Positions 9,186-18,636 are shown, numbered from the stretch's first letter. The stretch is 32,782 bases of DNA from an uncultured Acidobacteriota bacterium (GCA_964494295.1 CAZBTT010000003.1:1-32782); one strand, 5' to 3'. Notes: generated from the letters alone by a model not told the origin. Made by a program: numbers and translations.

Positions 9186-10145
9186 CTACTCCTCGTCCGC
9201 GGGACCGCCTCCCGACTTCGCCACGTCTTCCTGCCTCACCTTTTCGGCATTGAACTTCACCGCGCTCGCGATGATCTTGTCGAGGGTCTCATCGAAGTCG
9301 AAGCTCGTCGCCTTGGAAAAGCGCGTGTAGTTGACGCGCGACACAACGAAAGCCTTGAGATAGGGGCTCGTGAGTCCCTTCGCCTTCAGCTTCTCAACCG
9401 CCGCAACCACGGCGTCGTCGAGCTTGAGGATCTTCTTACCACGCCGGTCGCGCTCCTTAATCGCGGTTGACATGGGCTCGTCGAGAAACACGTCCACGCG
9501 GCGAAGGATTGACTGGTACGCGCCGCCGGAGAAACGCGGCCGCTCCTCATAGCAGCTCCCCAGGGTCAGGAACGCGGGCTGTTCGAATTCGAACGCGAAC
9601 TCCGACTCGAGCGTTTCCTCCTTGCGCATCTTCGAAAGGGCCCTCGCCATGCGGATGGTTTCGAGGGATTTCTCCTTCAGGTTGTGAGCTTTCTCCGTGT
9701 TGAGCGCCAGGATCTTGAAGGCGACCTTCGCGTCGGGCACCAGCAGAGCCGTGACCGTCTTCACCCCGAGCTTCTTGAGCGCTTGAAGGCGATGGTTTCC
9801 GTTGGGTGTGAGGTACTGGCCGCCCTCGTGGACGGCGACGATCGGGTCGAGGAATCGGCCGATGGTTTCGATCACGCCCATCAGTCGTTTCACGTGCGTG
9901 TCCGAGGGGTCGCGCTGATAGGGCGTGGGCTCGACCCGGTCGGTCGGGAGGGCGACGAACAACAGCGGGGTTCCACCAAACGGATCGGAGTAGCGGCCCA
10001 GAACGGCGCCTCCATCCTCGGCGACTTGCGCGGCCAGAACGTCAAGGTCCGCGCCTCTCGTGAGCGCGGTTTCGGCGGGAGTGAGGCCTACAGATCCGGC
10101 AGCGGCCTTCTTGCGGCGGACGACCTTCTTTCGGGGCGCGGGCAT
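9186..10145 (-). CDS. ParB/Srx N-terminal domain protein (orphan)
   Basis: VEPTPYQRD, GRFLDPIVAV, TPNGNHRLQALKKLG, ALNTEKAHNLKEKS; basic N-terminal tail; no parA nearby. Confidence 0.85.
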   Translation of the reverse strand: MPAPRKKVVRRKKAAAGSVGLTPAETALTRGADLDVLAAQVAEDGGAVLGRYSDPFGGTPLLFVALPTDRVEPTPYQRDPSDTHVKRLMGVIETIGRFLDPIVAVHEGGQYLTPNGNHRLQALKKLGVKTVTALLVPDAKVAFKILALNTEKAHNLKEKSLETIRMARALSKMRKEETLESEFAFEFEQPAFLTLGSCYEERPRFSGGAYQSILRRVDVFLDEPMSTAIKERDRRGKKILKLDDAVVAAVEKLKAKGLTSPYLKAFVVSRVNYTRFSKATSFDFDETLDKIIASAVKFNAEKVRQEDVAKSGGGPADEE

Positions 10146-10199
10146 GAGCGGGATGATACCGAGGTCGGTGCGCCTGGTCCGGGATTCAGGCCGGGCCGG

Positions 10200-10787
10200 T
10201 CACGAACACTTCCGCGGATCCTTGCACTCGTACCCCACCACGCGTCCCCTGGCGTTGAACTCCAGGCGGCAACACTCGAGGAGCATCCCCTTGAGGTGTT
10301 CCCGCGCGCGCTGAACCCGCGACTTGGCGCCCGAGATCGAGAGGCCCAGTTTTTGGGCGAGGTCGACCTGGGTCATGCCGTCGAGGTCAGTGAGCACGAT
10401 TGCGTCGCGGTACTTCTCGGGAAGGTGTCCAAGAAAGGGGCGCAGGCAGTCCGCGATTTCGCCGAGCGCGTCCGCCTCGGGCGCTTCCGCGGGAAGCCTG
10501 GTCAAGTTGTCTATGTCGCCATCGAGGCTTATCGTCGGCCGCTGCTTGCGATAGTGGTCGATGATCGCATTCCGGGCGATCGCATAGACCCAGGCGAAGA
10601 GGTTGTTCTCGTCGTTCAGCCGATCGGCCGAGCGATGGATCTTGATCAGGGCCTCCTGGAGAACGTCATCCACGTCGGCCTGGTTCTGGACCCGCCGCGC
10701 AATGAACTTTCTGAGATCGCCCCTGAGTTCGCCGAGGAGAAGTTCGCTCGAGGCGGTGGCCGCAGTCTGCGTTCGCATGGAGGTCAA
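10200..10787 (-). CDS. sigZ: ECF RNA polymerase sigma factor, SigZ-like
   Basis: DVDDVLQE, WVYAIARNAIIDHYR, CLRPFLGHLPEKYRDA, SISGAKSRVQRARE.LK..LLECC. Start TTG 10787 or ATG 10778. Confidence 0.88.
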   Translation of the reverse strand: MTSMRTQTAATASSELLLGELRGDLRKFIARRVQNQADVDDVLQEALIKIHRSADRLNDENNLFAWVYAIARNAIIDHYRKQRPTISLDGDIDNLTRLPAEAPEADALGEIADCLRPFLGHLPEKYRDAIVLTDLDGMTQVDLAQKLGLSISGAKSRVQRAREHLKGMLLECCRLEFNARGRVVGYECKDPRKCS

Positions 10788-10800
10788 ACTTACCTATTCC

Positions 10801-10830
10801 TGCGTCCTTTGACGATCTCTCCCGTCTGTA
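10801..10830 (+). promoter_or_regulatory. Candidate ECF promoter TGCGTC-N16-CGTCT facing the cupin/TonB receptor genes
   Basis: TGCGTC at 10801-10806 and CGTC at 10823-10826 give ECF-type spacing and -10 box; assignment to SigZ is inference. Confidence 0.4.
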
Positions 10831-10884
10831 AGTCTGACGGGCCGATGACGGCCGCGACAGTTTCCAGGAAAGGATGAGAGATTC

Positions 10885-11661
10885 GTGATGAAGATGACCC
10901 CGGTTGTGATGATGTTCAATCTGTTGGCGGTGGGCGCCCTCGGCGAGGACGCCCTGGTGGTGGCCCCGCAGGCCTACAAGCTCCAGTCGGAGAATGAGTG
11001 GGTGAAGGTGGTCCGGGTCCGCTACGCACCTCACGAGCGAATCCCCGCCCACGATCACAATCCGACCGCGGCAGCCTATGTCTACCTCAACGACGGAGGG
11101 CCCGTGGTTTTCAACCATCTCGACAAGGAGTACGGCGCGGTCACCCGAGCCGCCACGAAGGCCGGGAGTTTCCGGATCTACTTCGGGATTCAGGAGCTGC
11201 ACGAGGTCGTGAATACGTCACCGTTGCCGAGCGATTTCCTCAGAGTGGAGTTCAAGACCGAGCCGAAGAACGAGATGAGTCTCAAGGGCCGATTCTTCCG
11301 CGAAGCGAACCCGGAAGGGCAGAATGTCGAGAAGGTTCACTTTGACAACGAGCAGGTGAGGATCACACGTCTGATCGGCGCGGCCGGCAAGCCGTTGACC
11401 GTGGCCACGAAGGCGGGAGAACCAGCCCTTCTGGTCGCTCTCACCGACCTCGACCTCATCTCCCTCCGCGGGGAGGGTGCCCGGTCCCCGCTCAAGATCG
11501 CGCTCGGCCACACCGAGTGGGTGGGCGCCGATGAGCGACTGGCTCTCGAGAACGCGGGATCTCGCCCGGCCGAGATGCTGCGGTTCGATTTCAAGACGCG
11601 CCCGCTGACCGCCGAGGAACTGAAACAGAAGACGAAGAAACACGAGCACGAAGCGAAGTGA
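10885..11661 (+). CDS. Exported bicupin-fold hypothetical protein
   Basis: Internal duplication ENEWVKVVRV...DFLRVEFK / DNEQVRITRL...EMLRFDFK; IPAHDH and HEVVN in the first repeat; hydrophobic N-terminus. Confidence 0.7.
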   Translation: MMKMTPVVMMFNLLAVGALGEDALVVAPQAYKLQSENEWVKVVRVRYAPHERIPAHDHNPTAAAYVYLNDGGPVVFNHLDKEYGAVTRAATKAGSFRIYFGIQELHEVVNTSPLPSDFLRVEFKTEPKNEMSLKGRFFREANPEGQNVEKVHFDNEQVRITRLIGAAGKPLTVATKAGEPALLVALTDLDLISLRGEGARSPLKIALGHTEWVGADERLALENAGSRPAEMLRFDFKTRPLTAEELKQKTKKHEHEAK

Positions 11662-13733
11662 TCTCTCTGCTCCTCGCCGTGTTCTTGTGCTCGGTCGCTC
11701 CGCATGGAGAACAGGCTCCAGCAAGCGCGCCCACGACGGCGGCGAAGGATCCGGCAGCCCCGATCGCGCTGGTGGAGAAGATCACCGTGACCGCCGAACG
11801 CCGGCCCACACGGGTGAGCGACACCGTGGCGAGCGTCTCCGTCGTGTCGCGCGACGATCTTCTCAGCGCCGCGGCGTGGACTCTCGACGACGCCCTTCGT
11901 CAGATCCCGGGTTTCTCTCTCTTTCGTCGATCGGGCAGCCGCATCGCGAACCCAACCACGCAAGGCGTCTCGCTGCGCGGGGTGGGGCCGAGCGGGGCCA
12001 GCCGCGCCGCGGTCCTGAGCGACGGAATTCCCATGAACGATCCCTTCGGGGGCTGGGTTTACTGGGGCCGCACGCCGCGCTTGTCCATCGACCGCATCGA
12101 GACGGTCCGGGGCGGTGCGTCGAGCCTCTACGGGACAGACGCACTTGGGGGCGTCATCAACCTGATTCCCCGCGAGAGCCCCGCGGATGTCCTTTCCGCG
12201 GATGTCTCCTACGGCGGGCAGGGTTCGGCCGTGGGCTCGGTCTTCGCCGGTCGGAGCATCGGACCGCTGACCGCGCAGGTCGCGGGTGAGCTATTCCACT
12301 CGGATGGACACGTGATCGTCGACAAGAGCCAGCGGGGAAGCGTCGACACGAAGGCCGGGGTCACATACAAGACTCTCGACCTGCGCCTCGCCGAGACAGC
12401 TCGAGCCGATAGGCGGCTCTTCATTCGTGGTTCGCTGTTCAACGAATCGCGCGAGAACGGTACGCCGCAGCAGACCAACGACACCGCACTGAGGCAACTT
12501 TCGGCGGGCGCGGAGTTCGAGCCCCCCGGAGCGGGCCGCTTTGCCCTTCGCTCCCATGTTGGCTCCCAGACCTACAACCAGACGTTTTCCGCGGTCGCGG
12601 CAGGGCGGAACAGCGAGTCACTCACCCGGCGTCAGACCACACCCGCCCGACAGTTCGGCGCCTCTCTTCAGTGGTCGAGGCAAGCGGGACGACATCACAA
12701 CCTGGTCGCGGGCGCCGAGTTCCGCGACGTCTCCGGCCACAGCGATGAAGTCGTGGTGAGCGGCGGCCGGGACACCACCGCGATCACCGCCGGCGGCCGC
12801 GAGCGCACGATCGCGGTGTTCGCTCAAGACACGATCATCGCGGGGAACCGGCTGATCCTCACCCTCGGCATGCGCGCCGACCGCTGGCGCAACCTCGATG
12901 GACACAGCGACACCACGCCGCTTGCGACCAACGTCACCACGGCCCGCGTGTTTTCCGAGCGAGCCGAAACCGCGTTCAGTCCCCGCCTGGGGTTGCTTTA
13001 CCGCGTCGACCCCAGACTCACACTGACCGCCTCCGCGTATCAGGCCTTTCGCGCGCCGACCCTCAACGAGTTGTATCGCTCGTTCCGCGTTGGGAGCGTC
13101 GTAACCCAGGCGAACGCGGGGCTGGTGGCCGAACGCCTTACCGGCGGCGAGGCGGGCGCGCGCGTTTCGGGATGGAAAGGCCGGCTGCTCCTCAGCGGCT
13201 CCGCCTTCTGGAGCGAACTCGATGGGCCCATCGCGAATGTGACGCTTCAGCAGACCCCCGACCTCATCACCCGCGAACGTCTCAATCTCGGGCGGACGCG
13301 TTCCCGCGGCGTCGAGGTCGAGAGTGAGCTGCGGATCGCGAGTGCGGTCTCGATGAACCTTGGGTACCTCCTCGTCGACTCGACCGTGCTGGACTTCTCC
13401 GCGAACCGGGCGCTCGAGGGACTGCGCTTGCCGCAGGTGGCAAGACACCAGGCGACGTTCCAGGCGCGATACTCGAAGGATGGCACCACCGCGTCTTTGC
13501 AGGGCCGGATCAGCGGCGCGCAGTTCGACGACGACTTGAACCAGCTTCCCCTTGGCGGCTATGTCCTGCTGGACCTTTTCGCTTCGCGGCGCGTGACGAA
13601 GTCCCTGGAGGTTTTCGCGGCCGCGGAGAATGTGTTCGACCGGCGCTATGAAGTGGGACGATCAGGTGTCACCACCATCGGCGCGCCCCGTCTCGTTCGC
13701 GCCGGCCTTCGCCTCGACCTCGGTCCACGCTGA
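11658..13733 (+). CDS. TonB-dependent receptor
   Basis: TonB box EKITVTA; plug LDDALRQIPG, LRGVG, DGIPMND, IETVRGGASSLYG.DALGGVINL; FRAPTLNELY; ENVFDRRY. GTGA overlap with the upstream gene. Confidence 0.93.
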   Translation: MISLLLAVFLCSVAPHGEQAPASAPTTAAKDPAAPIALVEKITVTAERRPTRVSDTVASVSVVSRDDLLSAAAWTLDDALRQIPGFSLFRRSGSRIANPTTQGVSLRGVGPSGASRAAVLSDGIPMNDPFGGWVYWGRTPRLSIDRIETVRGGASSLYGTDALGGVINLIPRESPADVLSADVSYGGQGSAVGSVFAGRSIGPLTAQVAGELFHSDGHVIVDKSQRGSVDTKAGVTYKTLDLRLAETARADRRLFIRGSLFNESRENGTPQQTNDTALRQLSAGAEFEPPGAGRFALRSHVGSQTYNQTFSAVAAGRNSESLTRRQTTPARQFGASLQWSRQAGRHHNLVAGAEFRDVSGHSDEVVVSGGRDTTAITAGGRERTIAVFAQDTIIAGNRLILTLGMRADRWRNLDGHSDTTPLATNVTTARVFSERAETAFSPRLGLLYRVDPRLTLTASAYQAFRAPTLNELYRSFRVGSVVTQANAGLVAERLTGGEAGARVSGWKGRLLLSGSAFWSELDGPIANVTLQQTPDLITRERLNLGRTRSRGVEVESELRIASAVSMNLGYLLVDSTVLDFSANRALEGLRLPQVARHQATFQARYSKDGTTASLQGRISGAQFDDDLNQLPLGGYVLLDLFASRRVTKSLEVFAAAENVFDRRYEVGRSGVTTIGAPRLVRAGLRLDLGPR

Positions 13734-13779
13734 GCAGGGCGGATCGGGCGGTCACGTTCAATCGCCTATCCTCGGCGGC

Positions 13780-15195
13780 GTGAAAACCACCGCGCCCCTG
13801 ATCGGGCTCCTGCTTCCGACAACCCTCACCCTGATCATCGCCGCCCTCACCCCTCGAGCCGTCACCTCGGCCGCTCCGTCCGAGGACTGGCCGATGTGGG
13901 GCGGCTCGCCGGGGCGGAACATGGTCTCGGCCATGAAGGGTCTGCCCACGGAGTGGGACGCCGAGACGAAGAAGAACATCAAATGGGTGGCGGACCTTGG
14001 CGACCACAGCTATGGGAACCCGGTAGTGGCGGGCGGGCGCGTGTTCGTGGGGACTAACAACGAAAATCCCCGCGACGCGAAACAGACGGGCGACCGTGGC
14101 GTCCTCATGGCGTTTCGTGAGACGACCGGTGAGTTCTTGTGGCAGCACACGCACCCGAAGCTCGAGTCGGGTCAGGCGAATGACTGGCCGCTTCAGGGAA
14201 TCGCATCGTCACCCTTCGTGGAGGGCGACCGTCTTTACTACGTCAGCAACCGAGCTGTGTTGTTCTGTCTCGACGCCGGGGACGGGAAGGTGATCTGGGC
14301 CCTCGACATGATCAGGGACCTTGGGGTGTTCCCGCACAATCTCGCCAACTCCTCGCCCACCGGCCTGGGCGACCTCGTCTTCGTCGGCACTTCGAACGGC
14401 CACGACGAGAGCCACGTCAAGCTTCCCTCCCCAAAGGCCCCGTCGATCCTCGCGGTTAACAAGGCGACCGGCAAAGTCGTGTGGAGCGACAACTCCGCGG
14501 GAGAGCGGGTCCTCCATGGCCAGTGGTCGCCGCCCGCCGCGGGTGTCATCGGAGGCGTGGCCCAGGTGGTGTCGGGGCAGGGGGATGGATGGGTGCGGGG
14601 TTTCGAGGCGCAGACCGGCGTGAAGCTGTGGGAGTTCGATACGAACCCGAAGGACGCGGTCTGGCCGAAGACGCGGAACGAGCTCGTCGCGACGCCCGTC
14701 ATCGCGAACGATCGCGTCTACATCGGCAACGGTCAGGATCCCGAGTACGGCGAGGGCGTCGGCAACTTCTACGCGATCGACGCCACGAAGCGCGGCGACA
14801 TCACCATCTCCGGGAAGGTGTGGCAGGCCGAGAAAATCCGCCGCACCATCTCGACCGCCGCGGTCGCGGACGGCCTCGTCTACATCGCGGACTTCAGCGG
14901 CTTCCTGCGCTGTCTCGACGAGAAGACAGGAAAGGAAGTCTGGATGCACGATCTCTTCGCCGCAGTGTGGGGTTCGCCGTTCGTGGTCGACGGCAAGGTC
15001 TACATTACAGATGAGGATGGCGACGTCACGGTGTTGGCCCACGGCCGTGAGAAGAGGGTCCTCGCGGAGACGAACATGGGCAGTGCTGTTTACGGCACGA
15101 TCACCCCTGCCAACGGAGCGATCTTCCTGAACACCCAGACGAAGCTCTTCGCGATCGCCGCGTCGACTGGCGTCTCTACGGAAGGTTCACGTTGA
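13780..15195 (+). CDS. PQQ-like/BamB-type beta-propeller repeat protein
   Basis: Signal peptide then DWPMWGG; repeats CLDAGDGKVIW, AVNKATGKVVW, CLDEKTGKEVW. Start GTG 13780. Confidence 0.88.
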   Translation: MKTTAPLIGLLLPTTLTLIIAALTPRAVTSAAPSEDWPMWGGSPGRNMVSAMKGLPTEWDAETKKNIKWVADLGDHSYGNPVVAGGRVFVGTNNENPRDAKQTGDRGVLMAFRETTGEFLWQHTHPKLESGQANDWPLQGIASSPFVEGDRLYYVSNRAVLFCLDAGDGKVIWALDMIRDLGVFPHNLANSSPTGLGDLVFVGTSNGHDESHVKLPSPKAPSILAVNKATGKVVWSDNSAGERVLHGQWSPPAAGVIGGVAQVVSGQGDGWVRGFEAQTGVKLWEFDTNPKDAVWPKTRNELVATPVIANDRVYIGNGQDPEYGEGVGNFYAIDATKRGDITISGKVWQAEKIRRTISTAAVADGLVYIADFSGFLRCLDEKTGKEVWMHDLFAAVWGSPFVVDGKVYITDEDGDVTVLAHGREKRVLAETNMGSAVYGTITPANGAIFLNTQTKLFAIAASTGVSTEGSR

Positions 15196-17197
15196 CGGGT
15201 GGCCGGAACCAGACCAGGAGACCGGAATCCTCTGGAATGTCTTTGGCGTCGAGTTGAATGATCTTCACGATCGCGCCGTGGCGCATTGCTGAGAAGGATG
15301 CGGTGAGCTGATACGGCAGGGACGCCCGGCGAAACGGTATCTCCCTGATGGCAAAAGCATGGACTCCGGGGGCCAGTCGATACTGGATTCGCTGTCCCTG
15401 CACCAGCAAGGTGTCCAGATCCGGTCGTACGCCCGGAGCGAAATAGTACCGCCCCGTTTCGGCATGGGCTACGACATCAGCGCCCTTTCTCGTCGCCACG
15501 CACAGGATGGAGATTCGGTCGCTGACCGGCGAATCCCTGCGCTCGTAAGGCAGTCCAATCCCAGGGGCATCCATCGGTCCGGCCGCAGAAAGCCCACACA
15601 TCTGGTCGGCGCCGGGCGTCGGTGCGAGGGTGCGTTCCTCGGTCAGGAACCGGTCATATTCCTCTTCCTTGACGTCGAAGAAGTGGTGGGTCCACCCTGC
15701 TACGGCCCGCGGCTCGAGATTCTCGCGCGCCCAGCGGAACGTATCGCCCGGCACGACACCGGCCATACGACGAGTGCTCACCACGTTCAAACCCAGCTGC
15801 AGATCCGGGGGGTCCAGAACACCATTGTCAGGCAGGCCAGCCGCCTTCGCGGCGGAGAGCCATCTTTCACGGTTCTGACCCCAGTCGATGTCTGAGTTGG
15901 CCAGAAACAGGTAGGCCTTTTTCTTCGGTTGGACCACCGCGCTGCTGAACGCGAGCGGATCACCCCAATAGGGCGCGGTCTCCACGAGCGAAAGCGCGGC
16001 GAGCGCGCTCGCCAGGGCCATGGCGCCTTGCCCACGAAACCGGGAGCCAAGGGCGGCGGCCACGAGCGTCGCGGTCACGGGAACGATCATCAGCACGAAG
16101 CGGTAGCCGAGCTGGGTACGAAATGCCAACGAGAAGAAGAGCAGGTTGACGGTCTGGTGCGCGAGAAGCCACGCGATCTCCGGTCGGTGGCGTGCCTGCC
16201 GGAGTATCCAGGGGAGGCACAGGACGGACGCCAGAATCAGCACGACCGGCGTCTTGAAGAGCCAGCCCAGGATGAAGAAGAACCAGAGAGGCTTCTCGCT
16301 CACCTGTCCGGCGATGGCGATCCGCCAGGCGACGGTCGCGTCGCGATCACGGCTTCGGTCCACGCCTTCGATGAACGACATCGGCAAGAGGGCGGGCAGC
16401 CGGGGCGCCTGCGTGGTGATCCTCTGGAAGAACTGCGACTTCCATGTGGATGAACTCAAGGGAGCGCCAATCCGGTCGAACCGATACGCCGCGCCGAGAG
16501 TCAACCACGCGCAGCTTGCGCAGATGGCAATCCCGAGGGCCGTTCGGCGTGTCGACGCGCGTGAAGGCCAGAAGGCCGTCCCTGCTGCCAAGGGGACCAG
16601 AAGGATCGCGGAGAACTTCGCGATCAGGGCGATGCCGACGAACACTCCGAGAGCGCTCGCCTTGGCGGCGGATGGCTCCTGTCGGTACGCCACCGCGACC
16701 CACAGCGCCAAGATGGTGGCGCTTGCGAAGGCAATGTCCGTGGTCACGACGCTGGCGTGGGCGGTCAGGTTGGGTTCGAGTGACGCGATCAGGACGGCGA
16801 ATCGCCCGGCGAGGGGGCCGCCGAGTCGTGATCCGAGGCCAGCCGCGCCCACATACAGCAACATCAACCAGACAAGCTGCGGCAGCCGCGATCCAAGCCG
16901 CGACGCCTCATCGTCGGAACGGTCGGGATCGGCGAGGTTGCGGGCAAGGGCATTCGGAACATGGATCGGGGTCTTCGAGTCGTAGCGGGACGCCGAATCG
17001 CGTTCCGTCGCCCCTTCGCGCCAGAAACGCTCCGACCACTGAAGGTGAACCGGTTCATCGATCGTCCAGCCCTGCTGCAAGGCCGCGTAGCCGGCAAAGA
17101 ACAAAGACCAAACGGCCGACAAGGCGGCCAGGGCGCCCACATATCGAAGCGCGGGGGCGTCATCGGGCGGAACGGTCGTTCCCTCCTGAGCGCTCAT
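15176..17197 (-). CDS. GT-C fold glycosyltransferase (ArnT/PMT-like, GT39/83)
   Basis: WTIDEPVH, SVVTTDIA, GIALIAKFSA, LANSDIDWGQ; many TM segments; GGAGG upstream of ATG 17197. Confidence 0.85.
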   Translation of the reverse strand: MSAQEGTTVPPDDAPALRYVGALAALSAVWSLFFAGYAALQQGWTIDEPVHLQWSERFWREGATERDSASRYDSKTPIHVPNALARNLADPDRSDDEASRLGSRLPQLVWLMLLYVGAAGLGSRLGGPLAGRFAVLIASLEPNLTAHASVVTTDIAFASATILALWVAVAYRQEPSAAKASALGVFVGIALIAKFSAILLVPLAAGTAFWPSRASTRRTALGIAICASCAWLTLGAAYRFDRIGAPLSSSTWKSQFFQRITTQAPRLPALLPMSFIEGVDRSRDRDATVAWRIAIAGQVSEKPLWFFFILGWLFKTPVVLILASVLCLPWILRQARHRPEIAWLLAHQTVNLLFFSLAFRTQLGYRFVLMIVPVTATLVAAALGSRFRGQGAMALASALAALSLVETAPYWGDPLAFSSAVVQPKKKAYLFLANSDIDWGQNRERWLSAAKAAGLPDNGVLDPPDLQLGLNVVSTRRMAGVVPGDTFRWARENLEPRAVAGWTHHFFDVKEEEYDRFLTEERTLAPTPGADQMCGLSAAGPMDAPGIGLPYERRDSPVSDRISILCVATRKGADVVAHAETGRYYFAPGVRPDLDTLLVQGQRIQYRLAPGVHAFAIREIPFRRASLPYQLTASFSAMRHGAIVKIIQLDAKDIPEDSGLLVWFRPPVNVNLP

Positions 17198-17225
17198 GGT
17201 GTCTCGCCCTCCAGGAAACCGCAAT

Positions 17226-18506
17226 CTACTTCGATGCTGCCCGCTTCCCGATCGCCCAGAGCGCGCTGGTCGTGCGGAAGAAGATCTGCCCATCCGAGAT
17301 GGCCGGCGAAGAGAGGCTGTAGTCGTCGAAGGCGTTCTCGGCCAGCACTTCGAAAGTGGGCCCTGCCTTCACCACACTGGTGAGACCATCCTCGTTGGTG
17401 ATGTAGATCTTGCCGTCAGCGAGAACCGCGGACCCGCTGTAGGTCCCGGGGCGCAGCCGCTGCTGGCCGTAGATTTCCTTGCCCGTCTTCGCGTCGAGGC
17501 ACCACATAATCCCGCGGTCGTTGATCACGTACGTGTACGTCCCGTCCGTGACCGGGGTCGGCACATCGGGGCCGTCGTTGAACGACCACATCACGTGCGA
17601 CGACGTCACATCCCCCCGTCCGCCCGGCTTCAGAACGAGCATCGGCCGCACTCGCGTCGGCGCGATGATGATCTCGTTGTGGACCACTGGCGAGGCGACG
17701 ATCCGGTAGTTGCCGTTGTTCGCCGGATTCAGGCCGTCCGCGCGCCAGAGTTCCTTGCCGGTCCCGAGGTCGTGTCCGGTCACCACGTCGCCGCCGGTCA
17801 CGACGATCTCCAGATTCTTGCCGTGACGCAGCAGGGCCGGCGTGGAGTAGGAGTCCGGCGATTCCTTCTCCGCCTTTGTCGGACGTTCGACCCGCCACAG
17901 CGTCTTCCCGTCCTTCTTGTTGATCCGCAGGACGTAGGAGGGATCGTCGGTCTTCATGCCGTGAAGCACCTGCACGTAGAGCGAGTCCTCGTGCAGCAAG
18001 GGCGACGAGCCGTAACCCCAGTTGAGACCGAAGGCGCCGTAGTCCTTCTGGATATCGCGCGTCCAGATCTCCTTGCCCTTGAAATCAAACGCCTTCAGGA
18101 TGCCGGTGCCCGTCATCACCCAGACGTTCTTGCCGTCGGTGACGGGGGAGGGCGTCGACATGTTGTGTTTGCGTTGCTTGTGGTCGCCGTCGCCCAGATG
18201 CTGTTTCCACAACTGAGTTCCTTTCGCGCGATCCACCGCCCAGAGGTACAGGCTTCCCGCGTCGGCCACGTTCAGGAAGATGTGATCCTTCCAGACGATG
18301 GGCGTCGAACCGGACAGCCCCGGCATCGCGAGCTTCCAGGTGATGTTCTCGGTGGCCGACCACTTCGTGGGCAGGTTCGTCTCGGCGCTGAGGCCATTGG
18401 CGAGCGGTCCCCTCCACTGGGGCCAGTTCTCGGCCCGCGTCGCGGCCGGCAGGGCAGCGATCACGAGCGCCGCGGCGAACAGGAGTCGGGTTCGATGTTT
18501 CGTCAT
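17226..18506 (-). CDS. PQQ-like/BamB-type beta-propeller repeat protein
   Basis: Signal peptide then ENWPQWRGP; [39 protein letters not shown]. Start ATG 18506. Confidence 0.9.
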   Translation of the reverse strand: MTKHRTRLLFAAALVIAALPAATRAENWPQWRGPLANGLSAETNLPTKWSATENITWKLAMPGLSGSTPIVWKDHIFLNVADAGSLYLWAVDRAKGTQLWKQHLGDGDHKQRKHNMSTPSPVTDGKNVWVMTGTGILKAFDFKGKEIWTRDIQKDYGAFGLNWGYGSSPLLHEDSLYVQVLHGMKTDDPSYVLRINKKDGKTLWRVERPTKAEKESPDSYSTPALLRHGKNLEIVVTGGDVVTGHDLGTGKELWRADGLNPANNGNYRIVASPVVHNEIIIAPTRVRPMLVLKPGGRGDVTSSHVMWSFNDGPDVPTPVTDGTYTYVINDRGIMWCLDAKTGKEIYGQQRLRPGTYSGSAVLADGKIYITNEDGLTSVVKAGPTFEVLAENAFDDYSLSSPAISDGQIFFRTTSALWAIGKRAASK

Positions 18507-18605
18507 GGTCCTAGTCCTCAGAGGGCGTTTGAGGCAGGCCGCCCGAACTGCCAACGATGGTTTGGAGGCTAACAGACGAGGCCAAACGCCCCTCGGCGCA
18601 ATCGA

Positions 18606-18636
18606 CAAGGACTGATCCTTGCTAAAGTAAGGATCA
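18606..18636 (+). promoter_or_regulatory. TA promoter/operator: overlapping palindromes over an extended -10
   Basis: TGATCCTT/AAGGATCA (18613-18620 / 18629-18636), CAAGGA/TCCTTG (18606-18621), TGcTAAAGT at 18620-18628. Confidence 0.7.

Noticed and set aside
9887-9896. GTTTCACGTG, a partial parS-like sequence inside the ParB-like gene
   Set aside because: The second arm (AAAC) is missing, and the sequence is explained by the codons for H-V-K-R.
18567-18600. GGCTAAC/GTTAGCC resembling an integron attC core beside the TA pair
   Set aside because: No complementary partner box at a suitable distance, and no integrase or cassette array.
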